A stretch of DNA of 64,000 nt, from IMG/VR virus record IMGVR_UViG_3300044678_002654, positions 1-64,000 of that record, one strand, 5' to 3'. The notes below the pieces were generated by a model, which was given only the letters and a program-made list of their open reading frames with translations, ran no database searches and was not told the DNA's origin. Positions 37,887 through 47,373 of the stretch are shown here, piece by piece. Position 1 is the stretch's first letter. Each line of letters starts with the position of its first letter. The translations under genes and the position numbers were made by a program. The DNA comes from a virus.

Positions 37887-38327
37887 CTAGCGCCGCGCGT
37901 TGACCGCCGCCGTCGCCGCGAGCGCTTCCTGCATCTCCGGGGTGGCGGCGCCACCGGTGCCGTTGCCCTGGAGGCCGCGCAGGAACTCGTGCAGACGCTG
38001 GACGCCGTCACGCGCCGCCGACACGCGCTCCTCGGCGTTGGTCGCGGTGATCGTGTCGGCGGTGGCCTCGGCCACGCGCACCCCGCGCGAGATCGACGAG
38101 ACGATCGAGTTGAACTGGGCGCTGGCCTCGTCGGAGACCGTGCCCGGGTTCATGGCCTTCCACAGACCGAAGGCGGCGTTCGACGCCGTGACGGCGGTGT
38201 TGATGCCGCGCACGAGGTGGGCGAAGGCCGCTGCCGGATCACGGCGGATGGCCTCGCCGAGGGAGGCGAAGGCGGCGCAGCCCGGCGTGGTGACGAGGAG
38301 AGCGAAGATGAGGAGAAGGCGCTTCAT
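37887..38327 (-). CDS. putative lipoprotein
   Basis: Signal peptide MKRLLLIFALLVTTPG-C with lipobox-like Cys, AGGAG SD, ATGA overlap. Confidence 0.65.
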   Translation of the reverse strand: MKRLLLIFALLVTTPGCAAFASLGEAIRRDPAAAFAHLVRGINTAVTASNAAFGLWKAMNPGTVSDEASAQFNSIVSSISRGVRVAEATADTITATNAEERVSAARDGVQRLHEFLRGLQGNGTGGAATPEMQEALAATAAVNARR

Positions 38328-39022
38328 ACGGAGACTCCTGGGCGAGCGTCCCGCCTCGACGCGAGGCGTTGGGCTTTCCGCCACGCCGGATACTCTACGC
38401 CATAGACGCTACGGCGTGAAACCGTACCACCCTCGATGCGCGTGATGCTCGCGTAGCCGCCAGAGGTGATCTCGAACGACGATTTCACTGCGTGAAGGAA
38501 GTCGAAGGGGCCGTCCGCGCCGTCCAGGAAGTACTCGGGGTAGACGAAGTCGGCGACGCGGACCCCGTGGATGTCGTAGCCGATGCCTTGCACGGGATCG
38601 CACACCTCGCGCGCCCACAGCTCTGTGACGTTGTCCTGGAGCGTGCGGCGCACTTCGAGGTTCACCCACGGGTCGACGAGCATCTCGATCGTCTCGTGCG
38701 ACGCGATCTCCGAGACGCTCCCGCCATGCAAGCGAATGGGGTCAACGAAGACGTACCCAGTCGGAACCGCGCGCTCGGTCTCATGGACGTGGCGCCCCAA
38801 GAACCCGTAGTCATTCAGGTCGCGCGGACGATCGTAGAAGTAGACCCTCCATGTATCCAGCGGGAGCTTGGCGTCGGGCGCGACTGAAAACACGTTCGCG
38901 AAGGTATTCCACATGGGCGCAACGTGCTCTCGCACCTGGATGTTGATGGCCGCCGCGATGCGCGACATCTCAACCGGTGTGAGGAGGGCCCCCTTGTTCA
39001 CGAGCGCGACATTGACGATCAC
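38324..39022 (-). CDS. putative zinc metallopeptidase-like protein
   Basis: SHETIEMLVDP (HExxE) plus EVCDPV and VADFVYP motifs; start uncertain. Confidence 0.6.
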   Translation of the reverse strand: MIVNVALVNKGALLTPVEMSRIAAAINIQVREHVAPMWNTFANVFSVAPDAKLPLDTWRVYFYDRPRDLNDYGFLGRHVHETERAVPTGYVFVDPIRLHGGSVSEIASHETIEMLVDPWVNLEVRRTLQDNVTELWAREVCDPVQGIGYDIHGVRVADFVYPEYFLDGADGPFDFLHAVKSSFEITSGGYASITRIEGGTVSRRSVYGVEYPAWRKAQRLASRRDARPGVSV

Positions 39023-39031
39023 GAAGGAAGT

Positions 39032-39469
39032 ATGAGCAGACACACAAAGCAAGAGCCTTTTTGTCTCACAACGGATCAGTCGCGAGACATTCAGGCTGCG
39101 TACAACAGAGTCAACCGCAGGCACGAAGACCTGCTAAGCGGGCTCGGGATGTTGGTGTATCAAGTAGAGCGCCCCGATCGTGACTACAAGGAGCTGATGC
39201 GCTGGGAGGCGGAGGTACGACTACGTGAAGCCGCTGCACGGGAGCACACTCAGGCATTCCAAGCGCAGATCCTCGCGCTCGTCGAAAAGGACTTCTGCGA
39301 CCGCGTCGACGCACTCACCGTCACGAGCGAGCAGCAAGCCTCGTTGAGCGCATTCTCACGCAAGCTCGACTACCCGGGCCTGACGTGGAAAGGCTGGCGT
39401 AAAGTCGTGCCCCTCACCTACGAGATCCTGGCCGAGCTCGAACAGATCTTCTTCCCAAAGGAGCCGTAG
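39032..39469 (+). CDS. hypothetical protein
   Basis: AAGGA SD, helical, 145 aa. Confidence 0.6.
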   Translation: MSRHTKQEPFCLTTDQSRDIQAAYNRVNRRHEDLLSGLGMLVYQVERPDRDYKELMRWEAEVRLREAAAREHTQAFQAQILALVEKDFCDRVDALTVTSEQQASLSAFSRKLDYPGLTWKGWRKVVPLTYEILAELEQIFFPKEP

Positions 39470-39796
39470 ATGTACCTCGCTCGACGCGAAGCGTTGGATG
39501 GAAACACCTACGCCACGGCCAAGTCTGAGTACGGCGCCCACGCGCACATCCTGCGATGGGCGCTGGAAGATGTGAAGGAGTTGCACCGCAATAACAGAGA
39601 GGCCCTCGTGTGCTGTTACAACGCGCTCGTCAGCTCCGGTGTCGGCGGCTTCATCGACACATGGAACGGCTGGAGCTCCATCTACTACGCCGTCACGCCC
39701 CTCGACAACCCTTCAGACCCGTCGATCGCAGACTTCTCCATCCCACTCGTGGACACTATCGACAAGCTCATCAATAAGTGCGACAAGACACCATGA
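39470..39796 (+). CDS. hypothetical protein
   Basis: 108 aa, coupled to neighbours. Confidence 0.6.
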   Translation: MYLARREALDGNTYATAKSEYGAHAHILRWALEDVKELHRNNREALVCCYNALVSSGVGGFIDTWNGWSSIYYAVTPLDNPSDPSIADFSIPLVDTIDKLINKCDKTP

Positions 39797-41250
39797 ACCT
39801 CTCCGAATGGCAACGGGCCATCATCGACTTCGTCCAAGACGATGACGCGGGCCACGGGATCGTCAGCGCCTACGCCGGCAGCGGCAAGACCTTCGTCCTG
39901 GAGCGCGTCGCCGAGGCGATCGACGATGAGGAGTCAATGTTCTTCGGGGCCTTCAACACCCCCATCGCGTTGGAGCTCAACAAGCGCATTCACCGCGCCA
40001 ACACCGACATCCGTACGCTCCACTCGCTCGGCTACCTGACGCTCAAGCGCCACTGGGGCAAGGACGTCAACCTCGCGCAAGATGGTGTGGACTATCTCGG
40101 GAACACCATTGAGGCGACTCTTCCCAAGAAGATCGATCCTGACATCGCGAGCGACGTCCGCAAGCTCGTCGAAAAGAGCATGGCCTTCGTCGCGGACGAC
40201 AACCCGGCGATGGCTGACGAGCGCATCACCGACCTCATGTACCGCTTTCAGTGCGCGCCCGCTGATGAGCGGACGATGCCTGCCGAGCAGTACGTCGCCT
40301 GGGCCCGCAAGGTGCTCGTCAAGCTGCGCGAAAAGTCCAACACCATCTGCTTCGGTCAGATGGTGTACGTCCCGGCGTTCTTCAAGTGGTCCACCGGGCA
40401 CTTCCGACGCGTCGCCATCGATGAGACCCAGGACATGAACCGAGGGCAGCTCATCGTCGCCAAGAACGCCCTGCACCAGGACGGTAGGTTCCTCGCAGTG
40501 GGTGACCGCTGGCAGGCGATCTACGCGTGGAACGGCGCGGACTCCGGCTCCATGGACAAGATCAAGAAGACCTTCAAGGCGAAGGAGATGAAGCTGCCGA
40601 TCAGCTACCGTGCGCCGGAAGCTGTGGCGGCGCGAGTCCGCGACTTCATCCCTGACTTTCACGCGAGGCCCGGCGCTCCGCAAGGACTCGTGAAGACCGT
40701 CGATTCGGCCTTCATGACCGCCAACTGGAAGCCGACCGACTTCTACCTCTCGCGCAAGAACGCGCCGCTGCCCAAGGCGTGTCTCGCCGCGCTCAAGAGC
40801 GGTGTCCCTGCCTACATCCGTGGCGGCAAGGACATGACCAAGGGCTTCTACGAGCTCATCCGCAAGTCTCGCAAGAACCACATCGGAGAGTTCATCCGTT
40901 GGATCAAGGAGTACGCTGAAAGGCGCTGCGCGGTCCTGATCATCGCCAAGCAGGAGAAGAGCGCGGATGAGCTCGCGGACACTGTCAGCGCGCTCGTGGA
41001 GCTCTCAGAGGGGTGCGACTCAACGAACCAGTTGCGCGCGCGACTGGACAGCCTTTTCTCTGAGTCCGAAACAACCGGCAAGCTCATGGTGAGCTCGGTG
41101 CACAAGGCCAAGGGGCTGGAGACGCCGGAGGGCGCGGCGGTGTGGCTCGACGAGGCTTCCTTCCGGTCCGGGGACGAAGAGGACCGCATCCGCTACGTCG
41201 CCGAGACGCGAACGCGGGACAAGCTCTATCTCGTGAAGGACAACAAGTGA
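39793..41250 (+). CDS. UvrD/Rep-like superfamily 1 helicase
   Basis: AYAGSGKT, AFN, RTLHSLG, IDETQD, VGDRWQAIY, SYR, SVHKAKGLE and YVAETR motifs. Confidence 0.9.
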   Translation: MNLSEWQRAIIDFVQDDDAGHGIVSAYAGSGKTFVLERVAEAIDDEESMFFGAFNTPIALELNKRIHRANTDIRTLHSLGYLTLKRHWGKDVNLAQDGVDYLGNTIEATLPKKIDPDIASDVRKLVEKSMAFVADDNPAMADERITDLMYRFQCAPADERTMPAEQYVAWARKVLVKLREKSNTICFGQMVYVPAFFKWSTGHFRRVAIDETQDMNRGQLIVAKNALHQDGRFLAVGDRWQAIYAWNGADSGSMDKIKKTFKAKEMKLPISYRAPEAVAARVRDFIPDFHARPGAPQGLVKTVDSAFMTANWKPTDFYLSRKNAPLPKACLAALKSGVPAYIRGGKDMTKGFYELIRKSRKNHIGEFIRWIKEYAERRCAVLIIAKQEKSADELADTVSALVELSEGCDSTNQLRARLDSLFSESETTGKLMVSSVHKAKGLETPEGAAVWLDEASFRSGDEEDRIRYVAETRTRDKLYLVKDNK

Positions 41251-42029
41251 ACATCACCGTAGAACAGTACCCCTATCGCATCGTCTTCACCGATGACACG
41301 CGTGAGGGTGCTGATGATTGCATGCACTTCTATCTCGCCAAGATCAGCGAAGATGGCGATGAGTGGGAGACGATCGACGCAGGCGCCTACTGCACTCAGG
41401 TGAGCGCGCGGCTCCCGAAGAAGGAGCTGGAGTACGCCGCCCGTCTCCTGCTGCGTCGTTTCATCTCTGGTCTGGGGTCAGGGCTCGATCTCAAGCGTTC
41501 AGCGGAGCGACTGACATGGATCGGCACGGACCACGTGCAGCGCAGCCTGCGTAACGACCTCATCGACGAGCTCATGCACAAGTACAACTGGGCCGACGAA
41601 GACATCGCCGAGCACCTGCTCGACTTCGTCGCCAATCGCGGTTTGCTGCGGTCGCTGCGCAACTACCTCGACGACGTTGGGCAGGAGCAACAGCAGCAAA
41701 GCGTGTGGGGCGATACCCCGCTTCCTCGCGCCGTCCTCCCTGTTCCGTGCGGCGGAGAGCAGTACTACGAGGTGCATCTCCGCCGGCGCGTGCAGCAGAC
41801 CGCGACGCTGTACGTGCTGGCCCCGACGCGCGCGCCCTGCGTCGAAATCGGTGACATCGTCTGGAAGAACGAAGCCGGCGACGCCGGGTGGCAGGACAAC
41901 CTCGAAGCTGGCGCGGAAGCTGACGAGCACATCGTCGTGCCCGCCTCCTCGGAGGTCGTCCGATCGGTCGCAGACGTCTACGGGCGAATCTGCGAGGACG
42001 GCCACTTTGAGCGAGTTTTCACGGAGTGA
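41247..42029 (+). CDS. hypothetical protein
   Basis: 260 aa; ends FTE* inside a palindrome copy. Confidence 0.65.
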   Translation: MNITVEQYPYRIVFTDDTREGADDCMHFYLAKISEDGDEWETIDAGAYCTQVSARLPKKELEYAARLLLRRFISGLGSGLDLKRSAERLTWIGTDHVQRSLRNDLIDELMHKYNWADEDIAEHLLDFVANRGLLRSLRNYLDDVGQEQQQQSVWGDTPLPRAVLPVPCGGEQYYEVHLRRRVQQTATLYVLAPTRAPCVEIGDIVWKNEAGDAGWQDNLEAGAEADEHIVVPASSEVVRSVADVYGRICEDGHFERVFTE

Positions 42030-42034
42030 AGGGT

Positions 42035-42232
42035 ATGAACAGCAGCAAAGAATTTCAGGCGGGCGTCAAAGTGGCGGGGGGAGGCGTGCTCACCGGCTCA
42101 AGCAGACGTTGCCAATTGGAGGGGTGTCTCGGCGTGAGGCTCTACGTCCGATGGGATGACGGCAAGCTCACCATGCCCTGTACGAAGGGGATGACCTACG
42201 ACGACGTAGCTGGAAGCTGGAAGATCCGCTAA
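42035..42232 (+). CDS. small hypothetical protein
   Basis: CQLEGCLGVRLYVRWDDGKLTMPCTKGM motif. Confidence 0.65.
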   Translation: MNSSKEFQAGVKVAGGGVLTGSSRRCQLEGCLGVRLYVRWDDGKLTMPCTKGMTYDDVAGSWKIR

Positions 42233-42828
42233 TGATCCTCCGTTACCGCCTGCAAAAGACCGGCGAGAAGGTGATCGACGCCGTCTTCTTCAAGGGCGAC
42301 CACGACTTCTCGCGCGACGAGGAGCCGGGCGTGCGCTACACGCTCGAACTGACCGACCTGGACGCCCTGGACAACCCGGACAGGGAGCAGGTCGCCTTCC
42401 TGATCCTCAAGCAGTGGTACCCGCACGTCGTTGCGACGCGTGACCTCGACGGGTACATGCGCGGGGAAGGGCAGAAGAAGTACGAGGCGGCTGTCTATTC
42501 GATGGCAGACAGCATTGTCTCGTACGCCATGGAACTCCTCATGGAGAATCGGCGCTTCACGGACTTCGAACGAGAAGGAGTGATTCAACGTTTCAATGAA
42601 GAGATCGATGTCGCCTTCGGTCGACTCGACCCCCTCGTCGTCCTTCAACACACGGACAACGAAGACGCCCTCACGATGCACGGCATGGATCTCAGCAAGG
42701 AGAACCCTGTGCAAGACCTCGCCTACTGGGCCTTCTACGAAGACGTGATGGACGAGGTTCTGTCTCGAATCGATCTCAACAAGCCCGACCTCGGCCTCGC
42801 TGACCAACATGCTGTGGATGGTGACTAA
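42232..42828 (+). CDS. acidic hypothetical protein (C-terminus weakly Ocr-like)
   Basis: 198 aa, D/E-rich; VLQHTDNEDA...LAYWAFYEDV. Confidence 0.6.
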   Translation: MILRYRLQKTGEKVIDAVFFKGDHDFSRDEEPGVRYTLELTDLDALDNPDREQVAFLILKQWYPHVVATRDLDGYMRGEGQKKYEAAVYSMADSIVSYAMELLMENRRFTDFEREGVIQRFNEEIDVAFGRLDPLVVLQHTDNEDALTMHGMDLSKENPVQDLAYWAFYEDVMDEVLSRIDLNKPDLGLADQHAVDGD

Positions 42829-43272
42829 ATGACGACCGAGAAGAAGCAGAAGCCCAAGCGCGTGTCCGCCAAGGAGAAGGAGCAGAAGGAGTTCCTTCTC
42901 AAGCTCCGAGAGCACGTGCTGTCGAACAACGTTCGCGTGCTCCACACGAACATCCGGCATGTCAGTCGGTCAGGCATGCAACGAAAGATCGACGTGGTCT
43001 CCCTCCGTCCGAGCGGTGACCCCTCCGAACCCGTGAGCAAGTCCTGGCTCTCCTACTGGGCCGCCAAGGCGCTCGGTTGGAGGTTCTGCCCGAAGTACGA
43101 TGCGGTCGTCGTCGACGGCTGCGGCATGGACATGGGCTTCCACCTCGTTTACACGCTCAGCTACCTCATCTTCAAGGACGTGCCGCGCGAGAAGTGGCCT
43201 GCGGACCTCCCGCTGCGCAACAGCGAGGTGGAGAACGAGCCCGGCTACGTGCTCCAGCAGAAGTGGATCTGA
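42829..43272 (+). CDS. conserved phage hypothetical protein
   Basis: VSRSGMQR...GCGMDMGFHLVYTL motif. Confidence 0.7.
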   Translation: MTTEKKQKPKRVSAKEKEQKEFLLKLREHVLSNNVRVLHTNIRHVSRSGMQRKIDVVSLRPSGDPSEPVSKSWLSYWAAKALGWRFCPKYDAVVVDGCGMDMGFHLVYTLSYLIFKDVPREKWPADLPLRNSEVENEPGYVLQQKWI

Positions 43273-43278
43273 ACACCC

Positions 43279-43497
43279 ATGGACCCCAACGCCAACCTCG
43301 TCGCGCAGCTTCGGCTCGCGGAGGAAATCATCAGGTTCGTGGCCACCGCTCCCGAGGTGCTTGAGGGGGCGGAGGAGACTCAACGGCTACAAGAGATCGA
43401 GCACAGGGCATACGAACTCGCGGAGCTCGTTCAAGCCCTCGACACCTGGATTCGCAGCAGCGGATTTCTCCCCTATCCCTGGACGGCGAAGACCTGA
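43279..43497 (+). CDS. small hypothetical protein
   Basis: MDPNANL...LAELVQALDTWI..GFLP.PW motif. Confidence 0.65.
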   Translation: MDPNANLVAQLRLAEEIIRFVATAPEVLEGAEETQRLQEIEHRAYELAELVQALDTWIRSSGFLPYPWTAKT

Positions 43498-44105
43498 TGA
43501 CACACAAGAAGAAGTACCCATACACCGACCCTGAGACAGGCTTCGTACACGTCACGCCGTGGGTGACGCTCGATTTCTACTGGGACAAACTCGTCAAAGA
43601 GGTCCAAAACGAGGAGTGGGAACCGGACCCTGACAACGAGGACATGGAGTTCCGCGCCGTCCATCTCGGTTCGATCTTCTCTGTCTCTCCCAGCGGTAAG
43701 GTCTACACGCCCTTCGCGTGCAGCAACCTGAATGCTTGCCCTGTTTGCGACGGAACCGGCAAGGTCAAGAGCCGTTACAGCCGTCGCGTCACGCGCCGCG
43801 CTCAGAACCGAGCAAAACGGCAACGGCGCATCTGGGTGACTCGGTACAAGCCGGGCTGGCTTCAATGGCCCGCGCACATCATCGCCAAGGCGGAAGCGCT
43901 CAACAGATACATGGAGCGGTTCTCTACGAGCTGCCCCCGGTGCGCGGGAAGCGGATCTCATGAGGCACAAGACGACGAGGACTTCTTCGAAGCGCTTGAG
44001 AACAAACTCAGCGAGTATGACCTCAGCGTCATGCACATCGATGACGAGGTCTTCGCTGCCGAATACCGATCGGTAGACGCCACCGAAGAAGAAGACGTAG
44101 CCTAG
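43497..44105 (+). CDS. protein with DnaJ-type zinc finger
   Basis: CPVCDGTG and CPRCAGSG. Confidence 0.65.
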   Translation: MTHKKKYPYTDPETGFVHVTPWVTLDFYWDKLVKEVQNEEWEPDPDNEDMEFRAVHLGSIFSVSPSGKVYTPFACSNLNACPVCDGTGKVKSRYSRRVTRRAQNRAKRQRRIWVTRYKPGWLQWPAHIIAKAEALNRYMERFSTSCPRCAGSGSHEAQDDEDFFEALENKLSEYDLSVMHIDDEVFAAEYRSVDATEEEDVA

Positions 44106-44112
44106 TGCTTCG

Positions 44113-44556
44113 ATGTCCCTGAACGACCGCACCCTCGCCGAGCTCGCACAGGCGCGCTTTGACCTTTCACCGCGTGAATCCAAGGCGCTCAGTGAAGGGC
44201 ATCGACGCGCCGTCGAGCTCGCTGGTGAGCACCTCCCAGATCTCGTCGCCGGGTTTCGACAGTACGCACAAGAGCTGCTCCGCGACGAGCTCCAGCGGAT
44301 CTCAGTGCAGCACTTCGGTGTTGACTGGGAACCGCTCCTCGAATACGGCGCCTGGGACGCCATCGTCTCGGGCGCGCAGCGCCTCACCGAGTTCCAGGTG
44401 CGTAGGCTCACACGTCTCTCGCAGCAGGCCGGGGGGTGGTACCATTACCCTACGCAGGCGGCGGGGCCGGTGTTCGTAAGCCTGGAAATCTGGGCAGACC
44501 TCTACGACAAGCACGTCGCGTACCAATCGCAAATTCGGCGCGATACGACGCGCTGA
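44113..44556 (+). CDS. hypothetical protein
   Basis: 147-aa ORF in a plus-strand run. Confidence 0.6.
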   Translation: MSLNDRTLAELAQARFDLSPRESKALSEGHRRAVELAGEHLPDLVAGFRQYAQELLRDELQRISVQHFGVDWEPLLEYGAWDAIVSGAQRLTEFQVRRLTRLSQQAGGWYHYPTQAAGPVFVSLEIWADLYDKHVAYQSQIRRDTTR

Positions 44557-44575
44557 CAAAATCGACACCCCCTGG

Positions 44576-44605
44576 TTGACCTACGTAGCTAGCTCAGTCT
44601 AGCGT
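44576..44605 (+). promoter_or_regulatory. sigma70-like promoter
   Basis: TTGACC-N18-TAGCGT, 8 nt before ATG 44614. Confidence 0.55.
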
Positions 44606-44613
44606 CGTTGACC

Positions 44614-45075
44614 ATGCTGCCAAACGGGGTGTCTGAAGTGACAGTCGCGTCGAGAGACGCTGGGTGGTTCGCGACGAACCGAACGTATCCTGTAGTCGTG
44701 TCGATCGACGCGCAACAGGACACCGCCACGATCGGAGACGTCGTGTTTCGGCTCTACAAGGCCGAGAACAACGGCTACCACGTCAGTCGGCGCGAGGGTG
44801 GTAGGACGAGCGTCCTCGGCACGGTGGACGTGCTGGGTCTGCGCCGTTCCACATCCAACGCTTCACGGCGTGATCTCCAAGCGATTCGAGCGGCGATCTA
44901 CAACGTCGACTACCCTGCTCCGATCGCGTACGCGATCAAGAACGGGACACGGAAGACCTTCGCGCACCCCCAGTGCATCCCCCAATACCGCAAGACAGCC
45001 AACGACAGAGTGACGGCGCTCACGCAGCTCAAGTGCGCCAAGCGCTGTGTCGTCTGCAAGGACGGGATCGAATGA
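44614..45075 (+). CDS. hypothetical protein, C-terminal Cys motif
   Basis: 153 aa; HPQC...CVVC. Confidence 0.6.
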   Translation: MLPNGVSEVTVASRDAGWFATNRTYPVVVSIDAQQDTATIGDVVFRLYKAENNGYHVSRREGGRTSVLGTVDVLGLRRSTSNASRRDLQAIRAAIYNVDYPAPIAYAIKNGTRKTFAHPQCIPQYRKTANDRVTALTQLKCAKRCVVCKDGIE

Positions 45076-45287
45076 GTCAAGCAATCGAAGGCGGCACCTA
45101 CCGCCATTTCAAGGGCGGCACCTACAGGGTGAGGTGCCTCGCCACAGACGCAGATGACGGCCGAGCCGTCGTGGTCTACGAGAACCTCTCAAGCCGCGAG
45201 GTCTACGTGAGAGGCCGCGAACATTTCGAAGACCGTGTGTGGGACAGCGGTGTGCCTACTGACCGTTTCACGCAGATCGAGGTCTGA
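45072..45287 (+). CDS. DUF1653-like protein
   Basis: GTYRHFKGGTYRV...VVYE...YVR...F...RF signature. Confidence 0.8.
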   Translation: MSQAIEGGTYRHFKGGTYRVRCLATDADDGRAVVVYENLSSREVYVRGREHFEDRVWDSGVPTDRFTQIEV

Positions 45288-45289
45288 CC

Positions 45290-45880
45290 ATGGCGTGCCG
45301 TTCCTGTGGGGGACAGACCCTCAACCTGAGCGATGAAGAGGTCGGCGGCGCAATCGGACGCGGGGTCTGTGAGTGCTGGACGACAGGGCGGTGCACGGTC
45401 TGCGTCCAAGGCCCCGTCGTTCAAGAGGTGTACGACGCAGGCCACGACGACCGCGACGACCCCGACATGCGATGTCGCGCGCACCGGCACGTCGACATCG
45501 CCGAAGACATCGTGTTCCAGCCGCGCACGATCGCGCCCGAGGCGCCGATGCTGGAGCATCTGGTCTTCGAGCTCCGACGCGACCCGCGCACGTACCTGTG
45601 CAACGGCTGCGGCAAGAACTACAAGAGCAAAGACACCAAGGTCATCAGAGGGCAAAGAGGCTGGCAATTGTGCTGCCCTCGGTGTGAGAGCACTGAGTGC
45701 ACCGTGAAGCCTGCCGAAATGCAGAAGCACAAGGACCTCGGCTCCGAGATCGTTCACAGGGATCCCCCGTACTGGCCGGTGCAGCGTGGCATCATCGCGG
45801 TGCCTGCATCGGTCACCTCGCTCCGTAAGCGGCTCGTCCGACGATCGAGCCGCGCGGTGCGCGAAGACTTCACTGAGTGA
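45290..45880 (+). CDS. Cys-rich zinc-binding hypothetical protein
   Basis: Multiple CxxC pairs; ends FTE* inside a palindrome copy. Confidence 0.6.
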   Translation: MACRSCGGQTLNLSDEEVGGAIGRGVCECWTTGRCTVCVQGPVVQEVYDAGHDDRDDPDMRCRAHRHVDIAEDIVFQPRTIAPEAPMLEHLVFELRRDPRTYLCNGCGKNYKSKDTKVIRGQRGWQLCCPRCESTECTVKPAEMQKHKDLGSEIVHRDPPYWPVQRGIIAVPASVTSLRKRLVRRSSRAVREDFTE

Positions 45881-45886
45881 AGAGCA

Positions 45887-46240
45887 ATGCAGAAGACAGG
45901 CGAAAAGGTTAGCGGCGGTCGGTGGTGTGGGTTTCGCCTGGGCGACGAGTGGAAGCTACGTCTCGCGGCTGGCGCGTACGGCATCTACTACGGAGACGAC
46001 GATGACGCGGTGTACTACGCACGCATTACGGGAGTCGTCGACGACGACTCTACGTACCTCGTGTGCCGCGTCTACTCGATTGACGCGCCCGACGGAGAAG
46101 AGATGGAAGTTCATCGCGGGCGCTTTGCGTACCCGTTGAACCAGAACCAGTTCGCGGTCGCCATGTACAGGGGATGGCCAGACCACCCGCGACGAGTACA
46201 GGCGATCCTCGGCAACACAGGCAAGGTGGGCAATGCCTGA
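45887..46240 (+). CDS. hypothetical protein
   Basis: 117 aa. Confidence 0.6.
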   Translation: MQKTGEKVSGGRWCGFRLGDEWKLRLAAGAYGIYYGDDDDAVYYARITGVVDDDSTYLVCRVYSIDAPDGEEMEVHRGRFAYPLNQNQFAVAMYRGWPDHPRRVQAILGNTGKVGNA

Positions 46241-46454
46241 ATGTCGGCACGTGAAGTTCAAGTTCTGGTGCTACCTCCCTGAGCGCAAGGAGTTCCCCAA
46301 GCGGGCCATCCGCGTTTACAAGTGCCCCTGCGGCGCGCTGCTCGACGACGCAACGGCCGATCGGAGGCTTCAGCCTCACGTCTCAGAGCCAGGAGAAGAG
46401 AGCTACCTGCCGCCGCACAGGCGAACCGAAAATCAAGGGCTCACCTTGGTATAA
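46233..46454 (+). CDS. small Cys-containing hypothetical protein
   Basis: 73 aa; CRH...CPCG. Confidence 0.5.
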   Translation: MPECRHVKFKFWCYLPERKEFPKRAIRVYKCPCGALLDDATADRRLQPHVSEPGEESYLPPHRRTENQGLTLV

Positions 46455-46466
46455 GAACGTGTCCAG
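46448..46466 (+). promoter_or_regulatory. repeated promoter-like motif GGTATAAGAACRTGTCCAG (copy 2)
   Basis: 18/19 identical to 36343-36361. Confidence 0.65.
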
Positions 46467-46521
46467 AGATCTGTGCGCGAATCTCCGCGCACCAATCTCC
46501 TCCCCGAAAGGCACGTTCAAC

Positions 46522-46722
46522 ATGAGCAACCGCATCGGCCTCCCCGTCGACTCCGTCTCCTACGACCGCCACGTTGTGACCCGCTCGCGGGTCATCACCT
46601 CCGACCCGCGAACGGGTCGGTTGGTCGAGCGCATCGAGCTGAAGGTCGGCTCGGCCCGCAGCTTCGCCGCCGATCTCAGAGGGGACCACACGGGCGCCGT
46701 CGCCCACCGCATTCACTGCTGA
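46522..46722 (+). CDS. 66-aa basic hypothetical protein (monocistronic)
   Basis: GAAAGG SD; flanked by the repeated promoter and a terminator. Confidence 0.65.
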   Translation: MSNRIGLPVDSVSYDRHVVTRSRVITSDPRTGRLVERIELKVGSARSFAADLRGDHTGAVAHRIHC

Positions 46723-46727
46723 CCCCC

Positions 46728-46769
46728 CGACGCCCCGGCTGCAAAGTCGGGGCGTCGCGCGTCTTTTTT
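46728..46769 (+). terminator. intrinsic terminator
   Basis: CGACGCCCCGGCT-GCAA-AGTCGGGGCGTCG stem with a GNRA loop, then a T6 tract. Confidence 0.8.
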
Positions 46770-46783
46770 CTGCCAGGAGAACA

Positions 46784-47098
46784 ATGCCTGAAATCAAGTG
46801 GCGAAAGGTCTCGTCATCAACGCGCTGGAACCCCCGGGATAAGGGGGACGAGCTCATCGGAATCTACAAGGGGTCTCGTGTCGGCGACGGGGCCTACGGA
46901 GTCTACACCGCACACTTCGTGCTCACCGAGCACGGCATGAAGACGCTCACGGGCTGCGTCATCGACCAGCTCTTCGCCTCCATCCCTGAGCACACCGACA
47001 AGTCAGTGAAGGTCGTGTTCATGGGGCGCAAGGAGTTCAACGGCGCCGATGGTGACACGCGCGAGATGAAGCTCTTCGAACTCTTCGTGGAGGAATGA
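46784..47098 (+). CDS. hypothetical protein (possible OB-fold ssDNA-binding)
   Basis: AGGAG SD; WNP..GDELIGIY...VKVVFMG.K pattern. Confidence 0.6.
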   Translation: MPEIKWRKVSSSTRWNPRDKGDELIGIYKGSRVGDGAYGVYTAHFVLTEHGMKTLTGCVIDQLFASIPEHTDKSVKVVFMGRKEFNGADGDTREMKLFELFVEE

Positions 47099-47373
47099 TG
47101 AAGAACTTTGACGCGATCTACAGGATGTGGGACGCGCTCTACACCCCTAATCTGCCGTGCCAAGTGCGCTGCACAAAGGTGCTCAACGCGGACAAGACGG
47201 CCACGTACGTCGTGATCGTGGACAGCCCCGGAGAGGACAATCCTTCACGCCGTTTCATCGCGACGGAGTCGTCCCTGGACATCGCCCTGTCTGAGGTCAT
47301 CGGCCAGATGACGACGGAAGCAGCGCGCGTTCGCGACCTTCTCATCGACCTCGTCCGGGAGTTTGGAGGATGA
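47095..47373 (+). CDS. hypothetical protein
   Basis: 92 aa, coupled. Confidence 0.6.
   Translation: MMKNFDAIYRMWDALYTPNLPCQVRCTKVLNADKTATYVVIVDSPGEDNPSRRFIATESSLDIALSEVIGQMTTEAARVRDLLIDLVREFGG

Noticed and set aside
38328-38397. Upstream GTG start (38384) with TAGAGT for the lipoprotein
   Set aside because: ATG 38327 has an SD, an ATGA overlap and begins a proper signal peptide, so this site was left out of the leaderless list.
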